Source of the DNA: Macrostomum lignano
Taxonomy: Eukaryota
Direction: 5' to 3'
Assembly (NCBI GenBank): GCA_002269645.1
Contig: NIVC01001103.1
Span: forward strand, 186,001 to 250,000
Length of the DNA stretch: 64,000 bases
Shown: piece by piece, positions 29,241 through 41,011 of the stretch
Position numbering within the stretch: position 1 is the stretch's first letter
How the letters are laid out: the number at the start of each line of letters is the position of its first letter
Translations under genes and position numbers: made by a program
Notes under the pieces: generated by a model
Told to the model about the DNA's origin: nothing
The model's input: only the letters and a program-made list of their open reading frames with translations
Databases searched by the model: none

Positions 29241-31515
29241 ATGGGTCTATGAAATTTGCTAGCAGGAAATCTGCTAGCCGAAGTTTGCTAGCGAGAAATT
29301 TGCTTGCAGAAATCTGCTAGCCGAAGCTTGCTAGCAGGAATTTTGCTTGCGAGGATTTTGCTAGCGAGAATCCAACCAAAACCGGCAAGAAGTAATTTGT
29401 CTAGCCGAACTCAGGAAGTTGTAATTATCTTAGAGAAGAGACAATTTTGCTTGCCCAGTTTCGCAAGAATTTCACTAAATCCTCTATAGCGTCGCTCCAC
29501 TTTTACTAATCCTCTTCAAATTGGACACAATCAATTTTCAGCTATTGTGACACAATCGTGTAAAATTTTGAGTCTCGAAGTTAATTCTGAACGGCACTGT
29601 GTACTTTTTTTAAGTTTGTCTGCTTTTTGTCAGCGAGACAGCCACCCCAACCTCCGCCTCTCTCCAATTCCTCTCCTTCCTGTCAACTGGACAGAACTGG
29701 AAAGGGTTTAATTAAAATTAACCAACTTTCAGCTGTAATAAGCTTGCTCCATGTACAGCGATTGACTTCAAACTTGATGCAATTCTTCATTGACTCATTC
29801 TCTGTCTAAATATAGTCTCAACTTTGTACCTTAATCAGGACAGAAACTGTAGACATGTGAAGTTTGTCTACTTTTTCTTTTGTGCCACTCATTGGACTCA
29901 TCCAACTCATTCCCCCAGACCAAGGATCAGGTAAAAGGGCTTAGGGGCTAGGGTCTAATGTATATAAAAAAATGTATAGGGTTTTGGAATAACTTTTTGT
30001 AGGCCCCTAGCCCCTTAGCCTTTTCTATTAACATTTAGCCATGATAGTTTAATAAGGAATTCAACTAGGCTATTGTCCTACTAGGCCTACAAGCTATCTG
30101 ATTGCAAGTTGAGAATATTCTGTCCCCCACAATAACAAACTGACTTTCTAAGCACTTGAACTAATGCTGATAAAACATCAGCATCAGTTAATCAGTTAAA
30201 TATAGTTATAAAATATTTGGGATTTTTACCCACTTCTAGATTTTTTTAAACTAAAACCATGCATTTACCATTGGCAGAAAACAAGCAATCTTTTGAGGGT
30301 GCATGATAATTGACTGCCAACAAAATGACTGCGGACAAAATGACTGCCAACAATTTGACTGCCGACAAAATGACTGCCAACAAAATGATTGCCAACAAAA
30401 TGACTGCCAACAAAATGACTGCGGCAATTTGACTGCCAACAATATGACTGCGGCAATTTGACTCCCAGCAAAATGACTATGGCAATTTGACTGCCAGCAA
30501 AATGACTGCCAGAAAAATGATGCTCCTAAAGTTTAGCACTCTGTCAACCCTTTTAAGTCTATGCATGTAGTGAAATATTGTATTTAAAAGCTAGAATGAT
30601 GCTGAACAGAACACATAACTTTTATACAACAAGCTGTAACAGCTGTTGAAAGCCGTGGATTTTGAACAGTGGGAAATGGGAATTCCAATCTTAGGAACTA
30701 TTTTGCATATATTCTAAAATCTGAAGTTAAACTCAAGCAAAAACTTTTATTATTAGAGTTAAACATAATAACATAGATTACATTCGTGTAAAATTAGGAT
30801 TGGAGGCAAACTATTGATATTGTTGACTGGGGTATAGCGCAGAATGTCAGAAAAACTCTGGCCTTTACTTCTGCCTCTTGATCCCTATGTTCCTTGCATC
30901 CTTTGAACCTTCTATCTTCTCTTCTGTTTTCTCACTTCTCTCTCGTCTCTTTTCTCTTGTCTCTGCTCTCTCATCTCCCCTCTCTCATCTGTCATCTTAA
31001 CTCTCTTATACTGGTATGTTCTCTCACCCTTTCCTCTGTACTGTTTTCTTTTTCCACTCTTTTGACTCCTCTCTTTCCTTAGTCCTCTTCTTTTCCCTCT
31101 TCTATACTCTCTCCCCTTTATTCACTTCTCTCTCCTCTTTTGCATTTAACGAGAATGACTGCGGCAGTCAAATTGCCGCAGTCATTTTGTTGGCAATCAT
31201 TTTGTTGGCAGTCAAATTATTGGCAGTCATTTTGTCCACAGTCATTTTGTTCGCAGTCATTTTGTCGGCAGTCAAATTGCTCGGCAGTCAAAGTGTCCAT
31301 AGTCAATTTGACTACAGTCAAATTGTGGCAGTCAATTGTTGTAGACCCATCTTTTGACACTAGTTGCAAGAAGTTTGGTCAGCAAATTCCTGCTAGCAGA
31401 TTTTGGCTAGCAAAATCCTTACTAGCAAAATTCTTGCTAGCAAACTTTAGGCCTAGCTAGCAAACCTTGGCTAGAAAACTTTGGCTAGCAGATTTCCTAC
31501 TAGCAGACTACTCAT
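29241..31515. mobile_element. Foldback-type element with tandem-repeat terminal arms (TGCTAGC arrays)
   Basis: Array 29252-29392 is inverted relative to array 31362-31508. Confidence 0.65.
30295..31350. mobile_element. Second, nested foldback-type element with 15-bp (AAAATGACTGCCAAC)n arms
   Basis: Array 30305-30520 is inverted relative to array 31153-31345. Confidence 0.7.
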
Positions 31516-32059
31516 GACTAGGCCTAATCAATAGAGCACTCAGGAGGATAATGCTAGAGAAACTAATAGCCCTATGATTGTATTGCCATTTTTTGGCCTG
31601 TGCTCTATTGAGTTCAAGAAAAAAGTGGAACAACTATTAAAAAAAGCCTCAATGTGCAGCCTGTGAGCCTGTGATCACATTCCCAGTAGGCCTATCTGCA
31701 ACTTGAAGTCCCATGTGTCTTGGCCTCTCAATGCAGGTGTTGTTTATATATTTCATTGCTCTGGTGACTGTAGTGTTTTATACATCAGAAAAACTAGTGA
31801 CACTTATATACTAGGGTCAAGTAGCACTGGACCAAAAGATCTACTATATAGGAGCACCTTCTCATATGCAACTCATGCTGTACTGTAATAGCAAACCAAT
31901 TGATTTATTTAAGATTATCAATTCCTGCCACCATGAGCATACTTTAAATATCTTAAAGGCTATGTAAATCAAAGATCAGAACCTAAAGTAAATAAAAACA
32001 AGTTAATATTTATTCTCTCATTCATTTTATTCCTATTTATTAAGCAAGCTACTCTACTA

Positions 32060-33407
32060 CTTCGGCTGTCCAGAAAGTCGCAAGAATGTATTTAAAAAAT
32101 CTGTCAAAACTATCAAAAAACATGATAACAGCACTAGTTGGTAATGTAATCTCCCCTTGCATTGATTACAGCTTGGCAATGGTCAACAAGTCGCTGAACC
32201 TCTCTTTTTAAGCAATCTTCGTCAAGGCCTCTTGCCCACTGCAACGCAGCTTCTTGATCTTCGTTGTGGTTGCTGAATACTCGCCTGGAGAAATCATTCT
32301 TCATCCAACTGAACAAAAAACGGTCGCATAGATTAGGTCTGGGCTCTAAGGACTCTGAAATACCAGCTGAACTCCATGGGACTCTATGTACTGCTGCACA
32401 GAACGGGCTACGTGAGGTCGCGCATTGTCCCACTGCCAAAGAACATCCAACAGGTGAATTGGCTTTGACTTCAGAGTACGCCATAAGTCTCCCGTGTGCC
32501 GAATGAATTCAACTATGCCATCTGCATCAACAGTTTGCTTCGGGGCTGTGGATTTAATGGAGAAGTGCTTGCTTGGAGTGAAAGCAACCAGAAGCATTGT
32601 CTTTGCATTCCTGACCAAGTGCCTGACAACCTGGGGCCGATGATCTCCTTGGCCAAGCCAGCACCTATTTTTTTGCTTTGTGCCAGTGTTGTTCAGGTAC
32701 ACCCACGTCTCATCTTCCACCACATACTTGTCGCAAAAGTTTTCCACCCCCTCATTGTAAAAAAGCCTGCAGCTTGGCACAATTGATGCGAGCAGTCTTG
32801 TTCTCCTCGGATAGAGCATGAGGAACCCAGATGGCAGAAACATTTTGAAGGTGCAAATCCTCGGTCAAAATTTTGTGCACTGTTGTTTTACCAACTTCCA
32901 AAAAGTCGGCGAGGTCTCGGACACTAACTTTTGAATCCTCTTCAATGAGAGCTTGGCAGGTTTCGATCAGTTCCGTTGTCCTTGTTGACCATGGCTGGCC
33001 AGTCTAAGGAGCTGAGGCCAGGGGAAATGCTTCATCACGAAACTTTGAGTACCATCTGTAAACTGTTGACTGACCTGGTGCGGCATCTCCATAAACTTTA
33101 AGTAGTTCGTCATAACAACTAATAGCAAAGATTCCAAGATGGTATCTAGCGTAGGCATAAGCCTAGAAATCTTCCATTTTGACAAACTTGCTATTAAATT
33201 TTTCAAGCTTAATCACCGCATTGCATTGGTTATTAAGCACTTTATGCTGAGCTTGCCCCTGCCCCCAATTTTGCTGCTAGAATAACAATAATTTTCACCA
33301 TAGACATATATAAGTCTATTATTGAAATTTTATGTGTGCCATGTCATCAGCTTGCTGCTTTCTTGCTTGACTGACACATTCTCACAACTTTCCCCAGACA
33401 GGCGAAG
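32060..33407 (-). mobile_element. Full-length decayed mariner (DD34D) transposon
   Basis: TA on both flanks (32058-59, 33408-09); degenerate ~30-bp TIRs; transposase with STVYRWYSKF, WVPH, EDETW, WDNARPH and SP*SPDLNLCDRFLF (34 residues between the last two Asp); stop plus frameshift near 32340. Confidence 0.9.
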
Positions 33408-34762
33408 TAGAATTCTATATGCCAGATTCTTATATATATTGGAATTATATAGCATAGGCCTATATGTAAACCATCCAAAATCTAGGATCAAAATTTGTTA
33501 AACTTTAATGGACTTCTAAAAATCAAATATGTTTTAAATCATAGGTGTAAAACCTTTTTTTACTAAACCTAAACATTAATATTTTTCAAATTTAATTAGT
33601 CTATATATAATTTATAATTTTTTAATATGCATTATTTCTAGATTATAGACTTTTATATAGAATATAAAAATGCTATTTTGTAAAGAACAAGAATATTACT
33701 AATAGCTAATAGTAATGCTATGTATGATAAGTAAGCCTAAGAAATATTTAAATATATATTTAGGCTATTTTTTTATTTTTACTTGTACTTTGACTAATAC
33801 TCAAAGTGATACTTAGACTTATGTTAATGAGATAGCCTAAAGAAATTAAGCTCAACTAATAATTAGAGCAAAAATATTTGCAACTTTAATAGGATAAATT
33901 GTAAATATAAAAATAAAAAATAATAATTAGCCCTATAACAGCTTTTTAATAGTGATAAGATATTTCATAATAGAAAAGTGAAGCCTTATAACAACTTTAG
34001 TAATAGCTTTATATTGTAGTATAGTAGAAAGATCTCTATTGCAACACCTCTATTACTTTGGTGACAAAGATGATAACAACTTTAGTGAGATTAGAAATTA
34101 ATTCACCCTTGCTTTAAAATATAATTTTTTTAAACTAACTTAAGAAAATGATTATTTGCAAATGAATAAAAAGACTTGAGTTAAAGTCTATGTATGTATT
34201 TTTACCCTATGTAACCTTGCAAATGATTAAAAAGAAAATGAATAAAAAGACTTGAAAAAGACTTGAAAACTTATCACTTGACAAAATTTTCTAAAAGTAT
34301 ACTTTTTAACAACCATTTTTTATGTGACTGACAAAATGACCTAAATCCACTAGATCTATACTAGAAGAAATGCCATTTGATAAATTAAACAAACTATATA
34401 TACATGTTAATAAAACAATCTTGATACTATGAAACTATGATTTGCCCAAAAGTATAGAGGCTTTTGTACTTTTAAAACTTAACAAAATGAAAAGTTCTTG
34501 TATAAAAAAGTCCTTATATAAAAAGCAGCTCAATTAAACTATTCATAATGTAATTATTGTAACTCTTAGGATTTTAACACCTATTAATTTTCAGATTTAG
34601 CTATCTGTGAATTTAGTCTATAGACTTGCAACTTTTATAGGCCAGAGAGGCTCTGCAGTGTTAATGGTAGGACAAAGATATTGGTAGTTTATTTGATTTT
34701 TTTTCATTTATTCATTTAATCATGCTATTTCATTGAAACAATTGAAATTTTGCTGCTCACCA

Positions 34763-35827
34763 ATGGATCTGTCAGGCAAGCTGGTCATAAAAGTGCAACT
34801 GGGCGACGACATTCGCCGCATTCCCATTCACAACGAGGAAATCACTTACGACGAGTTGCTTCTAATGATGCAGCGCGTATTCCGCGGCAGTGACTGTCTA
34901 GCTAGCAGCATTGACGATCTAGTCATCAAGTACACCGACGAAGACGGCGATTTGGTCACCATAGCCGACGACTCAGATCTGAGCTTTGCCATCAACTGCT
35001 CCAGTCGGGTGCTCCGGCTTCGCCTATGCTTTCCTAAGCGCGACGCCGAGCAAATCAAAATTCAATCCGGCGCCGCAGTGCTTGACGAATTGCGAACTGT
35101 CCGGGACAGTGTTGTCCGAGTTCTGGACCGGCTGCAGGTGTCCGACAGCCGCTCCAGCGAGGACGGCCGTCAAGGCGAGGCTTCTCAAGCTCCACCTTCA
35201 GCCGCTCCTGGCGGCATTGAGCAATCTCGGCAGCAGCAATTGCAGCAGCAGAAACAGCAGCAAAGTCCTGCTGCGGCCAGTAGCAGTAGTCGCGAGTTCG
35301 ACCCGCTGACATCCGCTGGCACCGCTAGCCATGAGCAGCAGCAGCAGCATCTGCCTGGGGTGCCCACTCCGCCTACGCAGCCACAGCAGCAGCAGCAGCC
35401 ACAGCAGCATCACCAATATGCCCCAACGCCGCCACCAGTGCCGCAGCAGCAACAGCAATATCAGCAGCAGCCGCAGCAGCAGCAACAACAGTACCACATG
35501 CCTTACGGCCCAACCGGCTATCCGCAGGGCCCGCAAGGCCCACCGGGCGTTTCCGGACGGGATTATGCTCCGCAGACTAGCGCAGCCTCCGGCGCCTACG
35601 GCGCTCCAGTGCCGCCGCCGCCGACGTCTGCAGCAACGTCGGCCGCAGCGGCCGCCGGCTACAGCCCCGCGCCGACGCCACCGCCGCTGCCGCACCAGAT
35701 GCCGCAGACCTACAATCCGTATAGCCGCAGTCAGCAGCAGCAGCCGCCGCCGCCCGGCTCCATGGCTTCCGGAGCCCCGGCGCCGTTTCATCATCAGCCG
35801 GCTTTTCGTAAACCCGGCTACCAGTGA
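34763..35827 (+). CDS. TFG: TFG (TRK-fused gene) orthologue, intronless, 354 aa
   Basis: PB1 domain [52 protein letters not shown], coiled coil, P/Q-rich tail with NPYSR and terminal PGYQ. Confidence 0.95.
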   Translation: MDLSGKLVIKVQLGDDIRRIPIHNEEITYDELLLMMQRVFRGSDCLASSIDDLVIKYTDEDGDLVTIADDSDLSFAINCSSRVLRLRLCFPKRDAEQIKIQSGAAVLDELRTVRDSVVRVLDRLQVSDSRSSEDGRQGEASQAPPSAAPGGIEQSRQQQLQQQKQQQSPAAASSSSREFDPLTSAGTASHEQQQQHLPGVPTPPTQPQQQQQPQQHHQYAPTPPPVPQQQQQYQQQPQQQQQQYHMPYGPTGYPQGPQGPPGVSGRDYAPQTSAASGAYGAPVPPPPTSAATSAAAAAGYSPAPTPPPLPHQMPQTYNPYSRSQQQQPPPPGSMASGAPAPFHHQPAFRKPGYQ

Positions 35828-36505
35828 CGGATGGGTGACCTGAATTGACCTCGTCATAGTTGATGCATAAAATATATATTTATTCAGTGCCGAGTGAACT
35901 TTAAATAATTAACATTACATAGTCTCGATTGACAAAATAACAAAAATTTGAAATTATACGGGAAAATCCATACTGCTAATAATAGTTAGCTGATTGTTCT
36001 CTTCTCCGATGCTCGATTGATGTATTATGACGTGTTTCTGTTAGATAGATTAACTATTATTATAATTCAGCCTAATCTGCTACTGTAAATTCACTGTCCA
36101 CCGTTTACTGACCTCTCTGACGCTTTTTTGCATCGGAATTCCGTTTGATCGGCTTTTTCCGTTCTAAACCCAATATTGATTTTGTGGCTGAATGTCTTTG
36201 TTGATTTATCCACGCATACTAAATTTAGTTACTACAAATAAACATTCAGCGTATTTGAGGACCCGCTTTCTTAGTCCTAGCTACAGTCGTACAGATACTT
36301 AGAACAATTAAATATGCCACTCGCAATTAAATTTGTCGAAAAAGTAGAGCGTCTACTATTGTTCAGTAGTTTTGTCTGCGTAGTGTTACTTTAATTTAAT
36401 ATTGGCAGCTGAAATTTCTTTTCCTCCTTCGGGGTTTACGGCCTCGGGAGCATATTGAGTTAAGAAAAACAGCAAGCATTTAACTCGGTACACAAGTGAA
36501 CGCAC

Positions 36506-37780
36506 GGCGGACGAAACTCAGCTTAGGGGGCAGGTCCAATCTAGCTCAGCCAATGAGAGAGCAGTAAGGAGACAGGGTCTAAGTCAGGCGGACGAAACTC
36601 AGCCCAAAGGGCAGGCCCAATCTAGCTCAGCCAATGAGAGAGCAGTAAGGAGACAGGGTCTAAGTCAGGCGGACGAAACTCAGCCCAAAGGGCAGGCCCA
36701 ATCTAGCTCAGCCAATGAGAGAGCAGTAAGGAGACAGGGTCTAAGTCAGGCGGACGAAACTCAGCCCAAAGGGCAGGCCCAATCTAGCTCAGCCAATGAG
36801 AGAGCAGTAAGGAGACAGGGTCTAAGTCAGGCGGACGAAACTCAGCCCAAAGGGCAGGCCCAATCTAGCTCAGCCAATGAGAGAGCAGTAAGGAGACAGG
36901 GTCTAAGTCAGGCGGACGAAACTCAGCCCAAAGGGCAGGCCCAATCTAGCTCAGCCAATGAGAGAGCAGTAAGGAGACAGGGTCTAAGTCAGGCGGACGA
37001 AACTCAGCCCAAGAGGCAGGCCCAATCTAGCTCAGCCAATGAGAGAGCAGTAAGGAGACAGGGTCTAAGTCAGGCGGACGAAACTCAGCCCAAGAGGCAG
37101 GCCCAATCTAGCTCAGCCAATGAGAGAGCAGTAAGGAGACAGGGTCTAAGTCAGGCGGACGAAACTCAGCCCAAAGGGCAGGCCCAATCTAGCTCAGCCA
37201 ATGAGAGAGCAGTAAGGAGACAGGGTCTAAGTCAGGCGGACGAAACTCAGCCCAAGAGGCAGGCCCAATCTAGCTCAGCCAATGAGAGAGCAGTAAGGAG
37301 ACAGGGTCTAAGTCAGGCGGACGAAACTCAGCCCAAAGGGCAGGCCCAATCTAGCTCAGCCAATGAGAGAGCAGTAAGGAGACAGGGTCTAAGTCAGGCG
37401 GACGAAACTCAGCCCAAGAGGCAGGCCCAATCTAGCTCAGCCAATGAGAGAGCAGTAAGGAGACAGGGTCTAAGTCAGGCGGACGAAACTCAGCCCAAGA
37501 GGCAGGCCCAATCTAGCTCAGCCAATGAGAGAGCAGTAAGGAGACAGGGTCTAAGTCAGGCGGACGAAACTCAGCCCAAAGGGCAGGCCCAATCTAGCTC
37601 AGCCAATGAGAGAGCAGTAAGGAGACAGGGTCTAAGTCAGGCGGACGAAACTCAGCCCAAGAGGCAGGCCCAATCTAGCTCAGCCAATGAGAGAGCAGTA
37701 AGGAGACAGGGTCTAAGTCAGGCGGACGAAACTCAGCCCAAGAGGCAGGCCCATTCTAGCTCAGCCAATGAGAGGGCAGT
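36506..37780. repeat. 81-bp tandem repeat, ~16 near-identical copies
   Basis: Period 81 (36587, 36668, ...); only AAAGG/AAGAG variants differ. Confidence 0.98.
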
Positions 37781-39033
37781 AAAGAAAAAGGTCAAAATCA
37801 GACAAGCGGGCAAGAGGAAAGCCAAACTGTTAATCGGCCTGGCTGGGCCCCTTTTTCTCCCTTGCTGGCTATGTATAAGTACTGGATTTGGGTCTGCTTG
37901 TAGAAAACTACAGGCTATTATTGCAGTTGCAGCTTAAAAAACGAAATATGTTGTGTTGTTAAAGGTTATTAAATTTATAATTCACTAATAAAAAGGCAAA
38001 AAACGCAAATTTTACTACTGAAATGAAAAATAGTAGATTAGCTCTTTTTGTGAGTGACATCTAGTTTGTTTTAGTATCTGTGGCCCTAGCTAATCATTTT
38101 TTGTCGGTCTTGCTACAGGTTGCTCATCCTTTGTTATTAAAAATACAAATAAAATTATAAAATCGCTCTGCATGCGTGCGCCTTTGCCCGATTCAATTTT
38201 CTAATTACATATATTTTTCATTTAATACTGCCGCGTCTAGTCCGTCTTTGTTTAATTATTGTTAAGCCGGAGAAGATCCTTTGGATTATAAAATGCTAGA
38301 TTAGCAATCGTAGTTTTAGTAATTAGGAATAACTAATCTAATAATAGAATTTTTGTTATATTCTTGTACTACTGCTTCCAGTAGCATCGAATTTGAGATT
38401 AATTATTGGCAGAGTTGCGAAAGATTTAGAGTTTGCCTACAGTTACTACGGGCTCCGGCAGTCTTTACTCACTCTACCAACCTAAAAATGAAGTTGGCTT
38501 ATTTATAAAATGTGCACCCAGTCCCGCTTAGTACTTGTAGCTGTACTGGTTTGCCGTGTTTTCTGCATGCTAGTTACTTGCAATCGCTTTAATTTAAACA
38601 TGAACAAGTTGGTTTGTAACTCACATTAAAATATAATCGCAACGAGAATCATAACTGAATTATCATGGTTGCTGCATTCTTTTTTCGAGTTTTATTGGCT
38701 TTGAAATGCACCAAATAATTGGACCGGTTTAGTTGACTTTGTCACTAAAAATCTTTTTCTGTATGAACAACTGCATATGAAGCCAGGAGGCAAGCAGTCA
38801 GGCTCATTCCGCTGACCCCTGAGCACGCACACAGATACGTACTTAGACATAGGCTCAGGCAGAGTTTTCAACGGCCCTGACCACAAAATACACCAGAATG
38901 CTTAAGCAGCTTCCAAATCGAAAGCCGAAATATACCATATAGACACTGTACTCCTGAAGTGAAGAAGAGATAAGTAGTACTGAAATTTGAGAAGTAGTCA
39001 CCTTTTTGTACGTCCATTCGACGGGGAATATTT

Positions 39034-39700
39034 TTATGGACAGAAGGTCCCGATTATATATTTGCAGCTGTAGCGACATGAAAATGCTGCAGCTGTTGCA
39101 GTCAAACTTGAAGTGACGCATCGCCGTTTTAGAGTATCATTTTGGCATCTCAGTCGTGCTGAAGTGTTTCTCTCGGCCTTGAGTTTTTGCCTTAGCTGCT
39201 GCATGGTCGCAACTCTTCGACCGGTAGGCTTGGGTAAGGGCACAGTAATCGGCGGAGCGTCCTTTCTCGGAGACATGTCTAAAGGTTCACCTCGGACAGT
39301 CGGAGATTTTCGTTGCAGGACTGGTGGAATCGCTTTGTACAGATTTCTAGCAGGAAACGCCGTAGTCAGTAGTTGCATGCCCGACTCTTGGCGAAGTCTT
39401 GGGCAGCTGTACATTTCGTCAGTGAAGTGGAGGCTGCACACGACGGCACATGCCCACTTGTGCCAGTTGGCTTTGCCAAGCAGGTCGGCTCTGTAGAGTC
39501 GGCGCGCCCATTCTTCGCATTTCTGCATGAAACAGTTATTATGGCATGCCTGTCAAAAGCGACTACAATAACTACTTGTAAGATATCATAATACTGATGT
39601 CACGTACCTTTCAGGACTCTTGATTGGCAACTTATGAAAACTCCAGGTTGATTTCTATACGCATAGGATTTACAGCCGTATGATGCGCACTGCTGACGTG
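39034..39700 (-). pseudogene. THAP-domain gene relic (possible P-element-like transposase 5' end)
   Basis: Upstream exon CASYGCK..GV/FHKLP (frameshifted), donor ~39606, acceptor 39523, then W..L.R..VCSLHF..AFP and a coiled coil; phases do not join cleanly. Confidence 0.6.
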
Positions 39701-40371
39701 AAACTGTTGGGATGGCGCAACAGAGGCGTGAAAATGAGAATCACGGGACACTTACAATTGAAGCGATTTATTTATTATCCAAATCGATTTATTTGGAGCG
39801 ACCAAAGGGGGTATAAATCTAAGGAACGCAGGCAACTAAGCTGAGTTATTATACACTATAATAGATTCACAGGGCATCAAATAGATGGGATAGATGGACG
39901 GAAAGACAAGCGAAAAACATCGTCTATGGCAAAATCGATCTCAATACACTCGGGTTGATGAAAAAAAAGCCAGCACTACTCACAAATCACTTCACCTTAG
40001 AAGTAGCGTAGCTAGCGAATAGTTTTTGCCTCAAAAATTTTTCGCAGGGAGCTTGATTGAGCATTCTGGTGTATTCTGTGGCCTTGACTTTCTGATTGTC
40101 AGGCATGCTACAGACAGACAGCACAACTGTGCTTTTGGGGCTGGCCTTCATGGACGTGAATTGCACGACAAGCCTCCAGCCAATTTCTGTGCTCAAGCTC
40201 CAAACAGGCACGTCGCCACCGGGAAGGACGGGGGGACATGTCCCCTCCCCTCCCCCAGTAAAAGCTATGAAGGGGACATTGTCCCCCACAGTACAAGCTA
40301 TGGGGGGGGGACATGCCAATGCTTTATCCCCCCACCCCACCTTGTGACCCGTTGTGGTATTCAATAATAGT

Positions 40372-40586
40372 GCCTGCGGCGCTAAAATGAGTGCCTGCGG
40401 CGCTAAAATGAGTGGCTGCGGCGCTAAAATGAGTGCCTGCGGCGCTAAAATGAGTGCCTGAGGCGCTGACATGAGTGCCTGCGGCGCTAAAATGAGTGCC
40501 TGTGGCGCTAAAATGAGTGCCTGCGGCGCTAAAATGAGTGCCTTCGGCGCTGAAATGAGTGACTGCGGCGCCAAAATGAGCGCTGA
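40372..40586. repeat. 21-bp tandem repeat (GAGTGCCTGCGGCGCTAAAAT), ~10 copies
   Basis: Read directly. Confidence 0.93.
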
Positions 40587-40731
40587 CAGCACGATTCTTA
40601 AAATAATGGAAATTTAGGAATTTATTAGTCATGTACATGTTGAATTCTTGGTTTTGCTCCCCCCACCATAAAATCCATGTCGACACCCGTGGCTCCAAAT
40701 TAATGTGGCCGAGCATGGAGTTGAATCTAGG

Positions 40732-41011
40732 GGATTGTAGCCTAGGGGTTAAAGCTTCGGATTCACGACTGAAAGGTCAGGGGTTCGACTCTCGACTCAC
40801 TCAGAACAATTTGTATCCTTGAGCAAGACAGTTCGCCCAGCTGTAAAATCGGTGTCTGCGGTAATCGAGGGCGTGTGGCGACCTCCCAGTCCTTGGACTG
40901 AACAGACGTACGCAGCCTTCAGATGCGCCGCGCAATAGCTGCGGCTGAGCTGTCGGTTGCAAATCTGGCCATTAGGGCAGATGAAAGCAATTGTTATTAA
41001 TGCTATCACAA
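40732..41011 (+). mobile_element. tRNA-derived SINE, copy 1, with long flanking direct repeat
   Basis: A box (TAGCCTAGGGG), B box (GGTTCGACTC), TCCTTGAGCAAGACA core; flanks 40692-40731 and 41012-41051 nearly identical. Confidence 0.85.

Noticed and set aside
16400-34800. Spliced-leader RNA or snRNA genes
   Set aside because: No recognisable SL, Sm-site or snRNA sequence was seen by eye; an Infernal/Rfam scan would be needed to exclude them.
36506-37780. Possible CRISPR array or repeat-protein gene
   Set aside because: Units are contiguous with no unique spacers, no cas genes are present, the context is eukaryotic, and no long ORF crosses the array.
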